Assembly (NCBI GenBank): GCA_018063805.1
Contig: JAGPAO010000001.1
Location: 1-34,888 of the forward strand
Direction of reading: 5' to 3'
Length of the DNA stretch: 34,888 nt
From: Synergistaceae bacterium
GTDB taxonomy: Bacteria; Synergistota; Synergistia; Synergistales; Synergistaceae
Shown here: piece by piece, positions 9,185-18,256 of the stretch
How the letters are laid out: every line of letters begins with the position of its first letter
How positions within the stretch are numbered: position 1 is the stretch's first letter
Notes under the pieces: model-generated
What the model saw: only the letters and a program-made list of their open reading frames with translations
The model's database searches: none
Told to the model about the DNA's origin: nothing
Made by a program: the position numbers and the translations under genes

Positions 9185-9201
9185 AGAGGAGGAGGAGCAG
9201 C

Positions 9202-9648
9202 ATGATCGGTAGCCGCACGTATGTGGCCAAGAAAGAAGCGGTCGAACGAAAGTGGTATGTGGTTGACGCCACAGATAAGCACTTGGGACGGCTCGCAGTA
9301 CAGGTGGCCCGGATTCTTACGGGTAAGCATAAGGCGATGTATACGCCGCACGTTGACACAGGGGATTTTGTCGTTGTGCTCAATGCGAAGAAGGTTGGTT
9401 TGACGGGGAAGAAACGTTTGCAGTCCTGTCTCCATCATTACAGCGGTTATCAGGGTGGGCTTAAGACAACTTCTTACGGAGATGTCTTGGACAAACACCC
9501 GGAGCGTCTTATAGAGCGTGTTGTTTGGGGAATGCTTCCAAAGACAAAGCTGGGGCGTGCTATGTATAAAAAACTCAAGGTCTATGCGGGAGAACAGCAC
9601 CCACATGCGGCGCAGCAGCCGGAGACCTTGGAAACCATTAATTGGTAG
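9202..9648 (+). CDS. rplM: 50S ribosomal protein L13
   Basis: [46 protein letters not shown] is a canonical L13 N-terminus. Confidence 0.95.
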   Translation: MIGSRTYVAKKEAVERKWYVVDATDKHLGRLAVQVARILTGKHKAMYTPHVDTGDFVVVLNAKKVGLTGKKRLQSCLHHYSGYQGGLKTTSYGDVLDKHPERLIERVVWGMLPKTKLGRAMYKKLKVYAGEQHPHAAQQPETLETINW

Positions 9649-9659
9649 GGGGGAAAAAG

Positions 9660-10058
9660 ATGCAGAGTCCTGTTGCTTACGTCTGGGGAACCGGTCGTCG
9701 TAAAAATGCAGTTGCACGCGTAAGAGTCTGCCCCGGAGAGGGCAAGATTCTCATCAATGATCGTACTCTGGATGATTACCTTCCTCGCTTTATTTGGAAG
9801 ACTCAGGCTGTCGAGGCGCTTCGCGTTTCCGGCATGGAGGGTAAGGTCGATGTTTTTGTGAATGCGCATGGCGGCGGCCTTACGGGGCAGTCCGGTGCTA
9901 TTCGCATGGGTATTGCCCGTGCGATGTTAAAGTTGAATCCGCAGTCCAGACCCGTATTGAAAAAGGCGGGGCTTTTGTCTCGCGATTCCCGTATGGTCGA
10001 GAGAAAGAAAGCCGGCCAGAAGGGTGCACGCGGACTGAGGCAGTACTCCAAGCGTTAA
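9660..10058 (+). CDS. rpsI: 30S ribosomal protein S9
   Basis: [12 protein letters not shown]...[19 protein letters not shown]...[28 protein letters not shown] is a canonical S9 C-terminus. I prefer the ATG at 9660 over the track start at 9642. Confidence 0.95.
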   Translation: MQSPVAYVWGTGRRKNAVARVRVCPGEGKILINDRTLDDYLPRFIWKTQAVEALRVSGMEGKVDVFVNAHGGGLTGQSGAIRMGIARAMLKLNPQSRPVLKKAGLLSRDSRMVERKKAGQKGARGLRQYSKR

Positions 10059-10098
10059 TCGATTCTGGAGTGTTTTTTCTGCTTATTTTGTCTTTTCG

Positions 10099-10124
10099 GG
10101 GCCGACTTTGTCGGCTCTTTTTTT
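10099..10124 (+). terminator. intrinsic terminator after rpsI
   Basis: GGGCCGAC-TTT-GTCGGCTC stem-loop followed by a run of 7 T. Confidence 0.8.
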
Positions 10125-10217
10125 GTGTGTGAAAAAATATTTGCCCTTTTCCGTGTTATGATTCGGAGACTTTTGAGAGAGTGCTTTCTCTGTGAGGGCA
10201 GGAAGGGAGAGTTATGC

Positions 10218-10490
10218 GTGGACAAGCTGAAAGTAGATGATCGGTTTATTCAATCGAATCGGGAGGCTTGGTGGAGCATTGCCCTTTCCGTGGGGTATTT
10301 TGTTTTGTGGTATGGCTTCGCCTATGGATTGGGAAGCGGATTGGTTGCGGACTATTCCTATATATGGGGTCTTCCCGCCTGGTTTGTCCTTTCCTGCTTT
10401 TTTTCTGCCCCTCTCTTCTGTCTTGGTACGGCGCTCGTTATTCGGAAGTTTTTCGTGGAGGTTCCGCTGGATGGGTGGTTGGACGAATGA
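10218..10490 (+). CDS. small membrane protein, YhdT/DUF997-like (PanF companion)
   Basis: About 90 aa with two TM helices (REAWWSIALSVGYFVLWYGFAYGLG; LPAWFVLSCFFSAPLFCLGTALVI). It sits immediately upstream of, and ATGA-overlapped with, an SSS symporter, like the yhdT-panF pair. GTG at 10218 follows GGAAGGGAGAG. The track start at 10125 lies in the terminator region. Confidence 0.6.
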   Translation: MDKLKVDDRFIQSNREAWWSIALSVGYFVLWYGFAYGLGSGLVADYSYIWGLPAWFVLSCFFSAPLFCLGTALVIRKFFVEVPLDGWLDE

Positions 10491-12013
10491 CCCAGTTAAA
10501 CTGGGGTATTTTGTTTCCCCTAATTCTTTACCTGTGCGGAATGTACGTTGTGACCATTTGGTTAAGCCGTAACAAAGGAATGCTGACCTCCGGAGGGTTT
10601 ATTGAAGACTATTTTCTGGGGAGCAGAGGCATGGGGGCTTTTATTTTAGCTCTGACGCTCATGGCAACGTATACGAGCGGCAGTAGCTTTTTAGGCGGCC
10701 CGGGAATGGCGTATAAAATGGGGTTCGGATGGGTTTTACTCGCGATGATTCAAGTCCCGACGGCGTTGCTGACTCTGGGTGTACTGGGAAAACGTTTTGC
10801 CATCATTGCCCGTCGGATCCATGCGGTTACTTTGAATGATTTTTTGCGCGCCCGTTACCAAAGCCCTTTTGTCGTCGTCGGCGGGGCTCTTTCTATTCTC
10901 CTGTTTTCCTGCGCGGCCATGTCGGCTCAGTTTATTGCGGGAGGACGTTTGTTAGAATCCGTTACGGGACTCCCCTATGGTATTGCTTTGCTTTTGTTTG
11001 CGGGGACGGTCGTGCTCTACACGACGTTCGGTGGTTTTCGTGCCGTGGTGCTGACGGATGCCATTCAAGGTGTCATTATGGTAGGCGGAACACTATTGCT
11101 CCTGTACGCAACGCTCCGATCGGGGGGGGGGATAGCAGCCATCGTCGGGACGCTTAAAGAAATAGACCCGGATCTGTTGTCTCCAACGGGGCCTGCAGGA
11201 TTTATTTCGCAGCCCTTCATCCTCTCCTTTTGGCTCTTAGTCGGATTCGGAGTGATCGGGCTGCCTTTTTCATCCGTACGCTGCATGGGGTATAAGAACA
11301 GCAAGGCGATGCATCGGGGGATTATCATCAGCAGTGTGGTGCTGACGGTTGTCATGCTGGGGATGCATCTGACGGGTGCTCTTGGGCGCGCGGTTATGCC
11401 GGGAATTGAACAGGTGGATCGAGTCATTCCGGAGATGGCGCTCCGCTTGCTTTCTCCTGTCCTTGCCGGAATCTTTCTTGCAGGGCCTCTTGCCGCCATT
11501 ATGTCCTCCGTTGATTCCCAGCTCATCTTGGCTTCCGCTGCTATCGTTAAAGATCTTTATATCAATCATATTGCGGGCGAGAGTGGGAGTCTTGATGAAG
11601 GAAAAATCAAACGATTGAGCTTTCTGACGACGGCATTTCTCGGCAGCATTTCTTTCTTGATCGCATTTAATCCCCCCTCTGTCATCGTCTGGATCAACCT
11701 GTTTGCTTTTGGCGGGTTGGAGGCCGCGTTTCTGCTCCCAACCCTTCTGGGGCTTTATTGGAAGAGAGCGAATGCTGCGGGGGCTATGGCCTCCATGTTG
11801 ACGGGAGTTTGCTCTTTCATAGGGATCTCTCAAATCACGAGCCGTGTTTTGGGTATGCACGTCATCGTTCCCTCCATAGCGCTTGCCCTCTTTGTTTTTG
11901 TTTTGGTGAGCTTGATCACAAAGCCACCGTCTCCTGAAATTATTAATATTTTTTGGGGGCATAAACGATTGCCGGAGAGTTCTGAGATTGACCGGCGTTC
12001 CTTCAGAAGCTAG
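10487..12013 (+). CDS. panF: sodium:solute symporter (SSS family), PanF-like sodium/pantothenate symporter
   Basis: About 13 TM helices. The N-terminal block DYFLGSRGMGAFILALTLMATYTSGSSFLGGPGMAYKMGFGW is typical of PanF/PutP-type SSS carriers. I chose the ATG at 10487 because the upstream 73 codons of the track ORF overlap yhdT. Confidence 0.8.
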   Translation: MTQLNWGILFPLILYLCGMYVVTIWLSRNKGMLTSGGFIEDYFLGSRGMGAFILALTLMATYTSGSSFLGGPGMAYKMGFGWVLLAMIQVPTALLTLGVLGKRFAIIARRIHAVTLNDFLRARYQSPFVVVGGALSILLFSCAAMSAQFIAGGRLLESVTGLPYGIALLLFAGTVVLYTTFGGFRAVVLTDAIQGVIMVGGTLLLLYATLRSGGGIAAIVGTLKEIDPDLLSPTGPAGFISQPFILSFWLLVGFGVIGLPFSSVRCMGYKNSKAMHRGIIISSVVLTVVMLGMHLTGALGRAVMPGIEQVDRVIPEMALRLLSPVLAGIFLAGPLAAIMSSVDSQLILASAAIVKDLYINHIAGESGSLDEGKIKRLSFLTTAFLGSISFLIAFNPPSVIVWINLFAFGGLEAAFLLPTLLGLYWKRANAAGAMASMLTGVCSFIGISQITSRVLGMHVIVPSIALALFVFVLVSLITKPPSPEIINIFWGHKRLPESSEIDRRSFRS

Positions 12014-12063
12014 ACTAAAACGGATGTAGTAAGGATACCCGTAGGGGAAGGGGAGAAGGCCGT

Positions 12064-13026
12064 ATGCTCGCTATTTTTAAGACTTGTCCTGAGGGACTTG
12101 TCGAAATTGATATAGAGAAGGACGAAATAGAGAGCGGCAGCTGGTTTAATCTGATTCGGCCGACGGCGCACGAACTGCGTCTGGTTTCGGAGATCACACA
12201 GGTTGAATTGGATGCGCTGCGTGCGGCATTGGACCAAGAGGAGGCCTCCCGTATTGAGGCGGAGGACGAGTATATTCTTGTCCTGACGAATATCCCCAAG
12301 AAGGGGGAGGATAATCCTTACGGAAACGATACAATCCCGCTTGGAATCATCGTAACCCCAAAGTTTATCATCACCGTATGTCTTGAAGAAAACGGAGTCC
12401 TGAGTGATTTTAATCCGATGCACCATCGGTTTTTCAGCACCTATAAGCGCACCCGTTTTTTGTTTCAGATACTGTACCGCACCTCCATGATGTTCTTGAA
12501 GGATTTGAGGAGCATGAATCGCCGGACGGATGATATCGAGCAGGCGCTTCGGAAATCGATGAAAAATGAGGAGCTCTTTCAACTGCTGGATATGCAGAAG
12601 GGGCTGACCTACTTTACGGTGGCTTTGCGTTCCAATCGATCTGTTATTGAGCGGCTGATGCGTTTTTGTTCCAACCCGCAAGTAAGCCATATGATCAAAC
12701 TGCGGGAGGAGGACGAGGAGCTTTTGGAGGATGTCCGTATTGAATACGATCAGGCTATTGAGATGGTTCAGATGCACGGCGATGTCCTTGCCAGTATGAT
12801 GGATGCCTTTGCGTCCGTCATCTCCAACAATCTGAACATGGTTATGAAGTTTTTGGCGTCCGTCACCATTGTGATGGCCATTCCCACGATGATCGCCAGT
12901 TTCTTCGGAATGAATGTGCCCGTCCCTTGGCAAGGGGAGGGGCTTGGGTTTTTATTTGTCTTTATGATCTCCTCCATGCTGACATTGGTCGTGACGATTC
13001 TTCTTTGGAAAAAACGTTTGTTTTAG
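12064..13026 (+). CDS. corA: CorA-family magnesium/cobalt transporter
   Basis: C-terminal two TM helices with the signature FFGMNV (GMN motif). Cytoplasmic N-domain of typical length. Confidence 0.85.
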   Translation: MLAIFKTCPEGLVEIDIEKDEIESGSWFNLIRPTAHELRLVSEITQVELDALRAALDQEEASRIEAEDEYILVLTNIPKKGEDNPYGNDTIPLGIIVTPKFIITVCLEENGVLSDFNPMHHRFFSTYKRTRFLFQILYRTSMMFLKDLRSMNRRTDDIEQALRKSMKNEELFQLLDMQKGLTYFTVALRSNRSVIERLMRFCSNPQVSHMIKLREEDEELLEDVRIEYDQAIEMVQMHGDVLASMMDAFASVISNNLNMVMKFLASVTIVMAIPTMIASFFGMNVPVPWQGEGLGFLFVFMISSMLTLVVTILLWKKRLF

Positions 13027-13105
13027 GCTGCTGTGTTGCAGTGGGTTTAGTTGGAAAAGCTACCTTGATATTTTTATTTCCTATCCTGATATAGAATGTC
13101 GGAAA

Positions 13106-13141
13106 CAAGAAAGAATGTCTTGAAAGAGATATTCTTTCTTG
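13106..13141. terminator. stem-loop between convergent corA and crp-like genes (possible bidirectional terminator)
   Basis: Perfect 11-bp arms CAAGAAAGAAT (13106-13116) and ATTCTTTCTTG (13131-13141) around a 14-nt loop. There is no long T tract. Confidence 0.45.
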
Positions 13142-13156
13142 AAACTTATTCTGCCA

Positions 13157-13816
13157 TTAGCGGTCATCACACTCACAGATCGCAATGATTCTACCCTTAA
13201 ATTGAATAATCCCCTCTTTACGCATTTTTGCAAGCTCTCTAGACAGTGATGGACGCTGGATTGCCAGAACTTCCGCCCATTCCTTTTTAGAAAAAGGAAG
13301 CACGATGGTATGGCTGTTTTGTCGTTTTTGCTCGACCCGTAAAAACTCCATAATACGTTCTCGGATACTTTTTAACGCAATGGTGTCGATTTTTTTCATC
13401 AAAACAATCGCCTTATGGGATATTTCCGCTAAGAAACGTTCTAAAAATAAAGGGCAAATACTGCATAAATCAAGGATAGCGTCTTTGGTGAAGCTGATAA
13501 TGAGTACATCTGTTTTTGCTATAACCGTCATTGGGAATGTGTGGTTGGAGTAAAAGAGCAAATTACTGCCGATGGTATCTCCCCTTGTGAAATTTGCTAT
13601 TGTCATAATGTCACCGGATAATTCAAATGTTTGAACGGAAACAATACCGGTTACGATTGCATCAAGGCTGGAGCATTTCTCGCCTTTTAAATAGATAATC
13701 GCGTTTTTTTTGATTTTCTTGGCAAAAGCACGGGAAGGAATGTTGAGATTCATCAAGATACTCAGGTCGACAAGCTGGAACAACGGTATTTGGTAAATGT
13801 ATTTTAATATATCCAT
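13157..13816 (-). CDS. Crp/Fnr-family transcriptional regulator (cNMP-binding-like domain + C-terminal HTH)
   Basis: The beta-roll region (GEKCSSLDAIVTGIVSV...GDIMTIANFTRGDTIG) and the C-terminal HTH (SKKEWAEVLAIQRPSLSRELAKMRKEGII) fit Crp/Fnr architecture. The gene is markedly AT-rich. Confidence 0.8.
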   Translation of the reverse strand: MDILKYIYQIPLFQLVDLSILMNLNIPSRAFAKKIKKNAIIYLKGEKCSSLDAIVTGIVSVQTFELSGDIMTIANFTRGDTIGSNLLFYSNHTFPMTVIAKTDVLIISFTKDAILDLCSICPLFLERFLAEISHKAIVLMKKIDTIALKSIRERIMEFLRVEQKRQNSHTIVLPFSKKEWAEVLAIQRPSLSRELAKMRKEGIIQFKGRIIAICECDDR

Positions 13817-13847
13817 CAGTTATTTCCGCCTTTACCCCTTAAGAAGT

Positions 13848-13861
13848 GTAACGTTGGTTAC
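13848..13861. promoter_or_regulatory. short inverted repeat in the crp/cupin divergent promoter region (candidate regulator site)
   Basis: GTAAC-GTTG-GTTAC, with 5-bp arms. It does not match the classical TGTGA-N6-TCACA or TTGAT-N4-ATCAA sites. Confidence 0.2.
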
Positions 13862-13924
13862 TCTTTTTCCCTTTGATTTACACTATACTACAGTCATCAA
13901 TTATATGGAAGGGGAAGTAGCATT

Positions 13925-14245
13925 ATGGAAATCCGGTATCCGTTCAAACAGACAAACGAAAAATTGGTGGAAAAAATACTTGATGACGATGCTGTGATGA
14001 TCAACCACATGATATTAAATAAAGGAGACTCGTTACCGGAGCATTATTCTAACTCTAATGTTTATATGATCGTGGTTCGTGGTACTGTAACCTTGCAGTT
14101 AGAGGACAATATTGCAAAGAAATACGAAAACGGAAGCATTGTAAATATTCCCTATAACGTCAAGATGCATGTCTCAAACAGCGATGCGGAGCAACTAGAG
14201 TTTTTTGTTGTAAAAGCGCCAAGTCCGAGACTTTATCCTGCCTGA
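13925..14245 (+). CDS. small cupin-domain protein
   Basis: 106 aa with a beta-barrel pattern (GDSLPEHYSNSNVYMIVVRGTVTL...IVNIPYNVKMHVSN) typical of cupin_2. Shine-Dalgarno GGAAGGGGAAG. Confidence 0.7.
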   Translation: MEIRYPFKQTNEKLVEKILDDDAVMINHMILNKGDSLPEHYSNSNVYMIVVRGTVTLQLEDNIAKKYENGSIVNIPYNVKMHVSNSDAEQLEFFVVKAPSPRLYPA

Positions 14246-14301
14246 TTTTTTAGGTTAAATAAACGTATAGGGCAGTTTGTTATTGTTTTGGAGGAGAGCA
14301 C

Positions 14302-15282
14302 ATGAAAAAATTGGTTATACCGCTGGTATTGCTTTTAGTACTTGGAGGAACCTTCTTGTTTCTAAAGGAGCAACGGGTGCTTGAGGATAAAAAGCAGCTT
14401 CGGGCATCCGGAACCATAGAGGTTACGGAAGTACAGGTTACGCCCCAAATCGGCGGGCGCATTCGCTCTTTGAATTTGAGGGAGGGAAGCCATGTACAGC
14501 AGGGAGATCTTGTCGTTAAGCTTTCCATGGACGGTTTGGATGCGAAAAAAGAATATGCCTTGGCGCAGTTGGAACAAGCGGAAGCAAGGCTGCGAGAATT
14601 AAAAGCGGGAAATAGAGAGGAAGAAATCCGCGAATATCGCGAGAACGTACGCGCCCTCGCCGTAAAACAGGAGCAGGCTCTTTTAGATGCCCGGCGGTAC
14701 GCGAAACTTCTGGAGTCAGAAATCGTTTCTAAGCAGGAGGCGGAACAATACGCAGAAAATGCCCGTATTGCTAAAAACCAGCTTCAGGGTGCCAAAGAGC
14801 ACTTGCGCCTGCTGGAAAAAGGAACGCGGCCGGAGGTTATTCAGCAGCAGGAACAGGCCGTCAAATCGGCGCGCGCTTCTTTGCAAATGGTTGAAACAGA
14901 TCTCGCTCATAAAGAGGTACCGGCTCCTATCAGTGGATTGGTGCTCTCTAAAAACTATGAAGTGGGGGAAGTGGTCGCTGCAGGAGCTCCCATTGCCACT
15001 CTGGGAGATATGCGGGATTGCTGGGTTAAGCTCTACCTGCCTTCCACACAAATCGGTTTGATCCGTGTGGGCGGAGAAACCCAAGTTCGCGTTGATTCCT
15101 ATCCGGACCGTGTTTTTATCGGCACAGTGCGGGAAATCTCGGGGCAGGCGGAGTATAATCCCCGTCTGAGTTTGACTCAAGAGGAGAGGGCTAATCAGAT
15201 TTTTTGGGTAAAGGTGACTCTCTCCAACGATGAGGGGATTATGAAGCCGGGAATGCCGGCCGATGTCGTCTTTGCTCCATGA
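14302..15282 (+). CDS. HlyD-family membrane-fusion / periplasmic adaptor protein
   Basis: N-terminal TM anchor, a lipoyl-like hairpin (GTIEVTEVQVTPQIGGRI...V.QGDLVVKL), a long coiled-coil and a C-terminal beta-barrel (MKPGMPADVVF). Confidence 0.85.
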   Translation: MKKLVIPLVLLLVLGGTFLFLKEQRVLEDKKQLRASGTIEVTEVQVTPQIGGRIRSLNLREGSHVQQGDLVVKLSMDGLDAKKEYALAQLEQAEARLRELKAGNREEEIREYRENVRALAVKQEQALLDARRYAKLLESEIVSKQEAEQYAENARIAKNQLQGAKEHLRLLEKGTRPEVIQQQEQAVKSARASLQMVETDLAHKEVPAPISGLVLSKNYEVGEVVAAGAPIATLGDMRDCWVKLYLPSTQIGLIRVGGETQVRVDSYPDRVFIGTVREISGQAEYNPRLSLTQEERANQIFWVKVTLSNDEGIMKPGMPADVVFAP

Positions 15283-16199
15283 ACACCTCAGCTCTTGTCT
15301 ATCAATCTGTGGGAAAATCATACGATGGTGTGTGCGCGTTGGACTCGGTGAACCTTGAAATACAGCAGGGGGAAATTTTCGGGCTTATCGGTCCGGATGG
15401 AGCGGGCAAAACCACTCTTATTCGCACAGCAATGGGGATTATTTCGCCGGATAAGGGGAGCGTGCAGCTTCTTGGCGGAAAACCATCGCTGACGCGCAGC
15501 CGTGCAGGGTACGTCGCTCAGAGTTTCAGCCTTTATACACAGATGACCGTTATGGAGAATATTCGGCTATTTGCAGCTCTTTACGGCGGGGATGCACGTG
15601 CTCTGCTCTCCCGCACGGAAAATATATTGAGGAGAACGCGTCTTTGGGAGTTTCGTGATCGCTACGCGGGGGCTCTTTCCGGTGGGATGAAACAGAAATT
15701 AGCTCTGGCTTCCGGTCTGGTGCACGTTCCGAAAATTCTCTTTTTGGATGAACCGACGACGGGAGTAGACCCCGTTGCGCGAAGAGAATTTTGGGCCATC
15801 CTGTACGAGTTGAACCGAGAGGGGCTTACCGTAGTCGTCTCCACCCCCTATATGGATGAGGCAGACCTTTGTACGCGGATGCTTTTTTTATACCGAGGGC
15901 GCGTGATGGATCAGGGGACCGGTAGGGAGCTTCTGGCACGTTACCCGCATCAAATCTTGGAAGTCAACCTTTCCGACCGCAAAATTAGGACTGCTTTCAG
16001 AAATCACCCCTCTATTTTAGATGTCAACCTTTTTGGGACGCGTTACCACTTGGAGGTGGAGAATGCGGAAGAAGCCATCCCCCAAATTCGAGCGTTGCTC
16101 AGAGACAAGGGGTATAACGATGTGGAGATACGCCCCCTTGCCCCTTCGTTGGAGGATCTCTTTGTCTCCTTTGCGCGTAAGGAGGCGGCCTGCGCATGA
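15279..16199 (+). CDS. ABC transporter ATP-binding protein (ABC-2/drug-exporter type)
   Basis: Walker A GPDGAGKTT, signature LSGGMKQK, Walker B ILFLDEPTTGVD. ATGA overlap with the HlyD gene. Confidence 0.9.
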   Translation: MNTSALVYQSVGKSYDGVCALDSVNLEIQQGEIFGLIGPDGAGKTTLIRTAMGIISPDKGSVQLLGGKPSLTRSRAGYVAQSFSLYTQMTVMENIRLFAALYGGDARALLSRTENILRRTRLWEFRDRYAGALSGGMKQKLALASGLVHVPKILFLDEPTTGVDPVARREFWAILYELNREGLTVVVSTPYMDEADLCTRMLFLYRGRVMDQGTGRELLARYPHQILEVNLSDRKIRTAFRNHPSILDVNLFGTRYHLEVENAEEAIPQIRALLRDKGYNDVEIRPLAPSLEDLFVSFARKEAACA

Positions 16200-17122
16200 C
16201 AAACGTGATTGAAACGGATGTTTTGACGAAAAAGTACGGAGCTTTTACCGCGGTCAATAAGCTATCGCTGAACATTGAGGAGGGGCGTGTTTTTGGTTTC
16301 CTCGGCCCCAACGGATCGGGGAAATCAACAACTATCCGTATGCTTTGCGGGCTGATCGCTCCAACCTCGGGAACGGGGCATGTGCTCGGCGTGCCGCTCG
16401 GACGCAAGGGAAGGGAAATCAGAAAACAGATCGGCTATATGTCTCAAAAATTCAGCCTTTATCCGCAGATGACGGTGATTGAGAATTTAAACCTTTACGC
16501 CGGGTTATACGCCCTTCCCCCTGAGGAAAAAAAAGAGCGCATCGCCGCGATGTTGGAGATGGCTGGATTGACGGGACGCCAACAAGAATATGCGAAAAAT
16601 CTTTCCGGCGGCTGGCGGCAGCGTTTGGCTCTAGGGTGTGCCATTTTGCATCGCCCTAAAATCCTCTTTTTGGACGAACCGACCGGCGGTGTAGATCCTA
16701 AAGCACGGCAGGAATTCTGGGATCAGATCTACGATCTGGCGCAGGAGGGTACGAGCATCATGGTCACGACACACTTTATGGATGAGGCGGAGCACTGTGA
16801 TCGCGTGGGTTTTATCTATGCAGGAGAGCTCATTGCCGAGGGAACCCCGATGGAGTTAAAACAGCGCTTACCCGGTAGACTCTATGAGTGTCACTGTGAG
16901 GACGCGATGCGGCGGTTGGAGCAGCTGCAAGAGGCTGAACACCCTTCTTTGTTGGACGCCTATATTTCCGGATCGAGGCTGCGCGTTCTTCTCTCACCGG
17001 GGAGCGATCTTCTCGCGGATCCACTACTCAAAGATGAGGAATGGGAGGCGCTGACCCCAAGTATGGAGGATGTTTTTGTGTGGTTGACGAAATCACGTAT
17101 CCGGATGGAGGAGCGGGGGTGA
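16196..17122 (+). CDS. ABC transporter ATP-binding protein (second ATPase)
   Basis: Walker A GPNGSGKST, signature LSGGWRQR, Walker B ILFLDEPTGGVD. ATGA overlap with the upstream ATPase. Confidence 0.9.
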   Translation: MTNVIETDVLTKKYGAFTAVNKLSLNIEEGRVFGFLGPNGSGKSTTIRMLCGLIAPTSGTGHVLGVPLGRKGREIRKQIGYMSQKFSLYPQMTVIENLNLYAGLYALPPEEKKERIAAMLEMAGLTGRQQEYAKNLSGGWRQRLALGCAILHRPKILFLDEPTGGVDPKARQEFWDQIYDLAQEGTSIMVTTHFMDEAEHCDRVGFIYAGELIAEGTPMELKQRLPGRLYECHCEDAMRRLEQLQEAEHPSLLDAYISGSRLRVLLSPGSDLLADPLLKDEEWEALTPSMEDVFVWLTKSRIRMEERG

Positions 17123-17126
17123 GTTT

Positions 17127-18254
17127 ATGTATCGCTTAAAGGCGCTGATTATTAAGGAATTTATAGAAGTCTTCCGAGATCGCGGCTCCATTGCGCTCAT
17201 GATTATCATGCCCGTCATGCAGCTATTGATCTTTGGGTTTGCGATCAACACGGACGTAAAGCATCTCAGAACGATTGTTTTGGATCAGTCCCGAAGCCAG
17301 GAGAGCCGCCAGATGCTGGAGTCCTTTCGTGCGAGCAACTATTTTGACATTGTGGCTCGGGCGGAGAACTTTGAAGAGTTGAATCGCGCTGTTGACCAAG
17401 GGGATGTGAAGGTTGGAATTGCATTCCCCCCCGATTTTGCCCCTCGTCTTTTGGGGGGTAGGGAGGCGCAGGTGCAGGTTATCGTCGATGCCACGGACAG
17501 CACTTCCGCATCGTCTGCGATTGCCGCTGCCTCCATGATCGGCACGCTGCAATCGCAAAAAATCCAGCAAAACCGCCTGATTGCGGCAGGGATCACCGTG
17601 CCCAAATCCTTAGTCGATGTTCGCATTCGTCCGTGGTACAATCCCGATTTTATTACTTCCTGGTATATGGTTCCCGGGATTATGGGCATACTGTTGACGA
17701 TGACGCTGGTTATGATGATGAGCATTGCGATCGTGCGAGAGAGCGAGCAGGGGACGTTGGAGCAACTGCTGGTTACGCCGATGCGTCCCTGGGAGTTGCT
17801 GTTGAGCAAAGTGCTTCCTTACATTGTCATTGGATATGTGCAGGTTTTTGTCGCCGTTTTTGTCGGCATCGTAGTTTTTAAAATGCCTTTTCGGGGCAGC
17901 ATGCCGCTGTTTTTCGGGGTGACGATCTTTTTTATTTTTGCCTCTCTTTCTTTGGGGATTTTTCTCGCGACGCTCTCTTTCAGCCAGATGCAGGCGCAGC
18001 AGATGGGGATGCTGATCCTGCTGCCCAGCGTTTTGTTATCCGGATTTATCTTTCCGTTGGAGGCGATGCCCCGTATTTTTCAGTGGATCAGCCGCGCTCT
18101 GCCGGTCACTTATTATGTCCGTATTGCCAGGCAGATCATTTTAAAAGCGGGAGGAATAGAATATATTTGGCGCGATGTGCTGTCGTTAATCGTTTTCTCT
18201 GTGGTTGTTTTTTCCGTCAGCATTGTCTTTTTTAAAAAGCGTTTTGTGCCGTGA
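17127..18254 (+). CDS. ABC-2 type transporter permease (YbhR/YhhJ-like)
   Basis: N-terminal TM helix, a large extracytoplasmic loop, then a C-terminal 5-TM bundle (RESEQGTLEQLLVTP motif). Confidence 0.85.
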   Translation: MYRLKALIIKEFIEVFRDRGSIALMIIMPVMQLLIFGFAINTDVKHLRTIVLDQSRSQESRQMLESFRASNYFDIVARAENFEELNRAVDQGDVKVGIAFPPDFAPRLLGGREAQVQVIVDATDSTSASSAIAAASMIGTLQSQKIQQNRLIAAGITVPKSLVDVRIRPWYNPDFITSWYMVPGIMGILLTMTLVMMMSIAIVRESEQGTLEQLLVTPMRPWELLLSKVLPYIVIGYVQVFVAVFVGIVVFKMPFRGSMPLFFGVTIFFIFASLSLGIFLATLSFSQMQAQQMGMLILLPSVLLSGFIFPLEAMPRIFQWISRALPVTYYVRIARQIILKAGGIEYIWRDVLSLIVFSVVVFSVSIVFFKKRFVP

Positions 18255-18256
18255 TC

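Noticed and set aside
10268-10486. N-terminal extension of the PanF ORF, and the 10125 start of the YhdT-like ORF.
   Set aside because: The extensions overlap the neighbouring gene or the rpsI terminator. Internal starts (ATG 10487 with ATGA coupling; GTG 10218 after GGAAGGGAGAG) fit the family N-termini.
12010-12933. A 307-aa ORF on the minus strand that completely overlaps corA.
   Set aside because: It is antisense to a gene with clear CorA signatures (GMN motif, 2 C-terminal TM helices). Its translation is His/Gln/Arg-rich with no motif and no Shine-Dalgarno. It is a typical shadow ORF.
383-15321. Other long antisense or alternate-frame ORFs from the track: 383-901, 1520-2080, 1732-2085, 3584-4039, 4292-4738, 5979-6467, 8358-8765, 8368-8811, 8798-9103, 9142-9717, 11065-11526, 11270-11962 and 14716-15321.
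   Set aside because: Each lies inside a gene with strong family signatures on the other strand or in another frame. Their compositions are Arg/Ser/Pro/His-biased, as expected for out-of-frame reading. None has a convincing ribosome-binding site.
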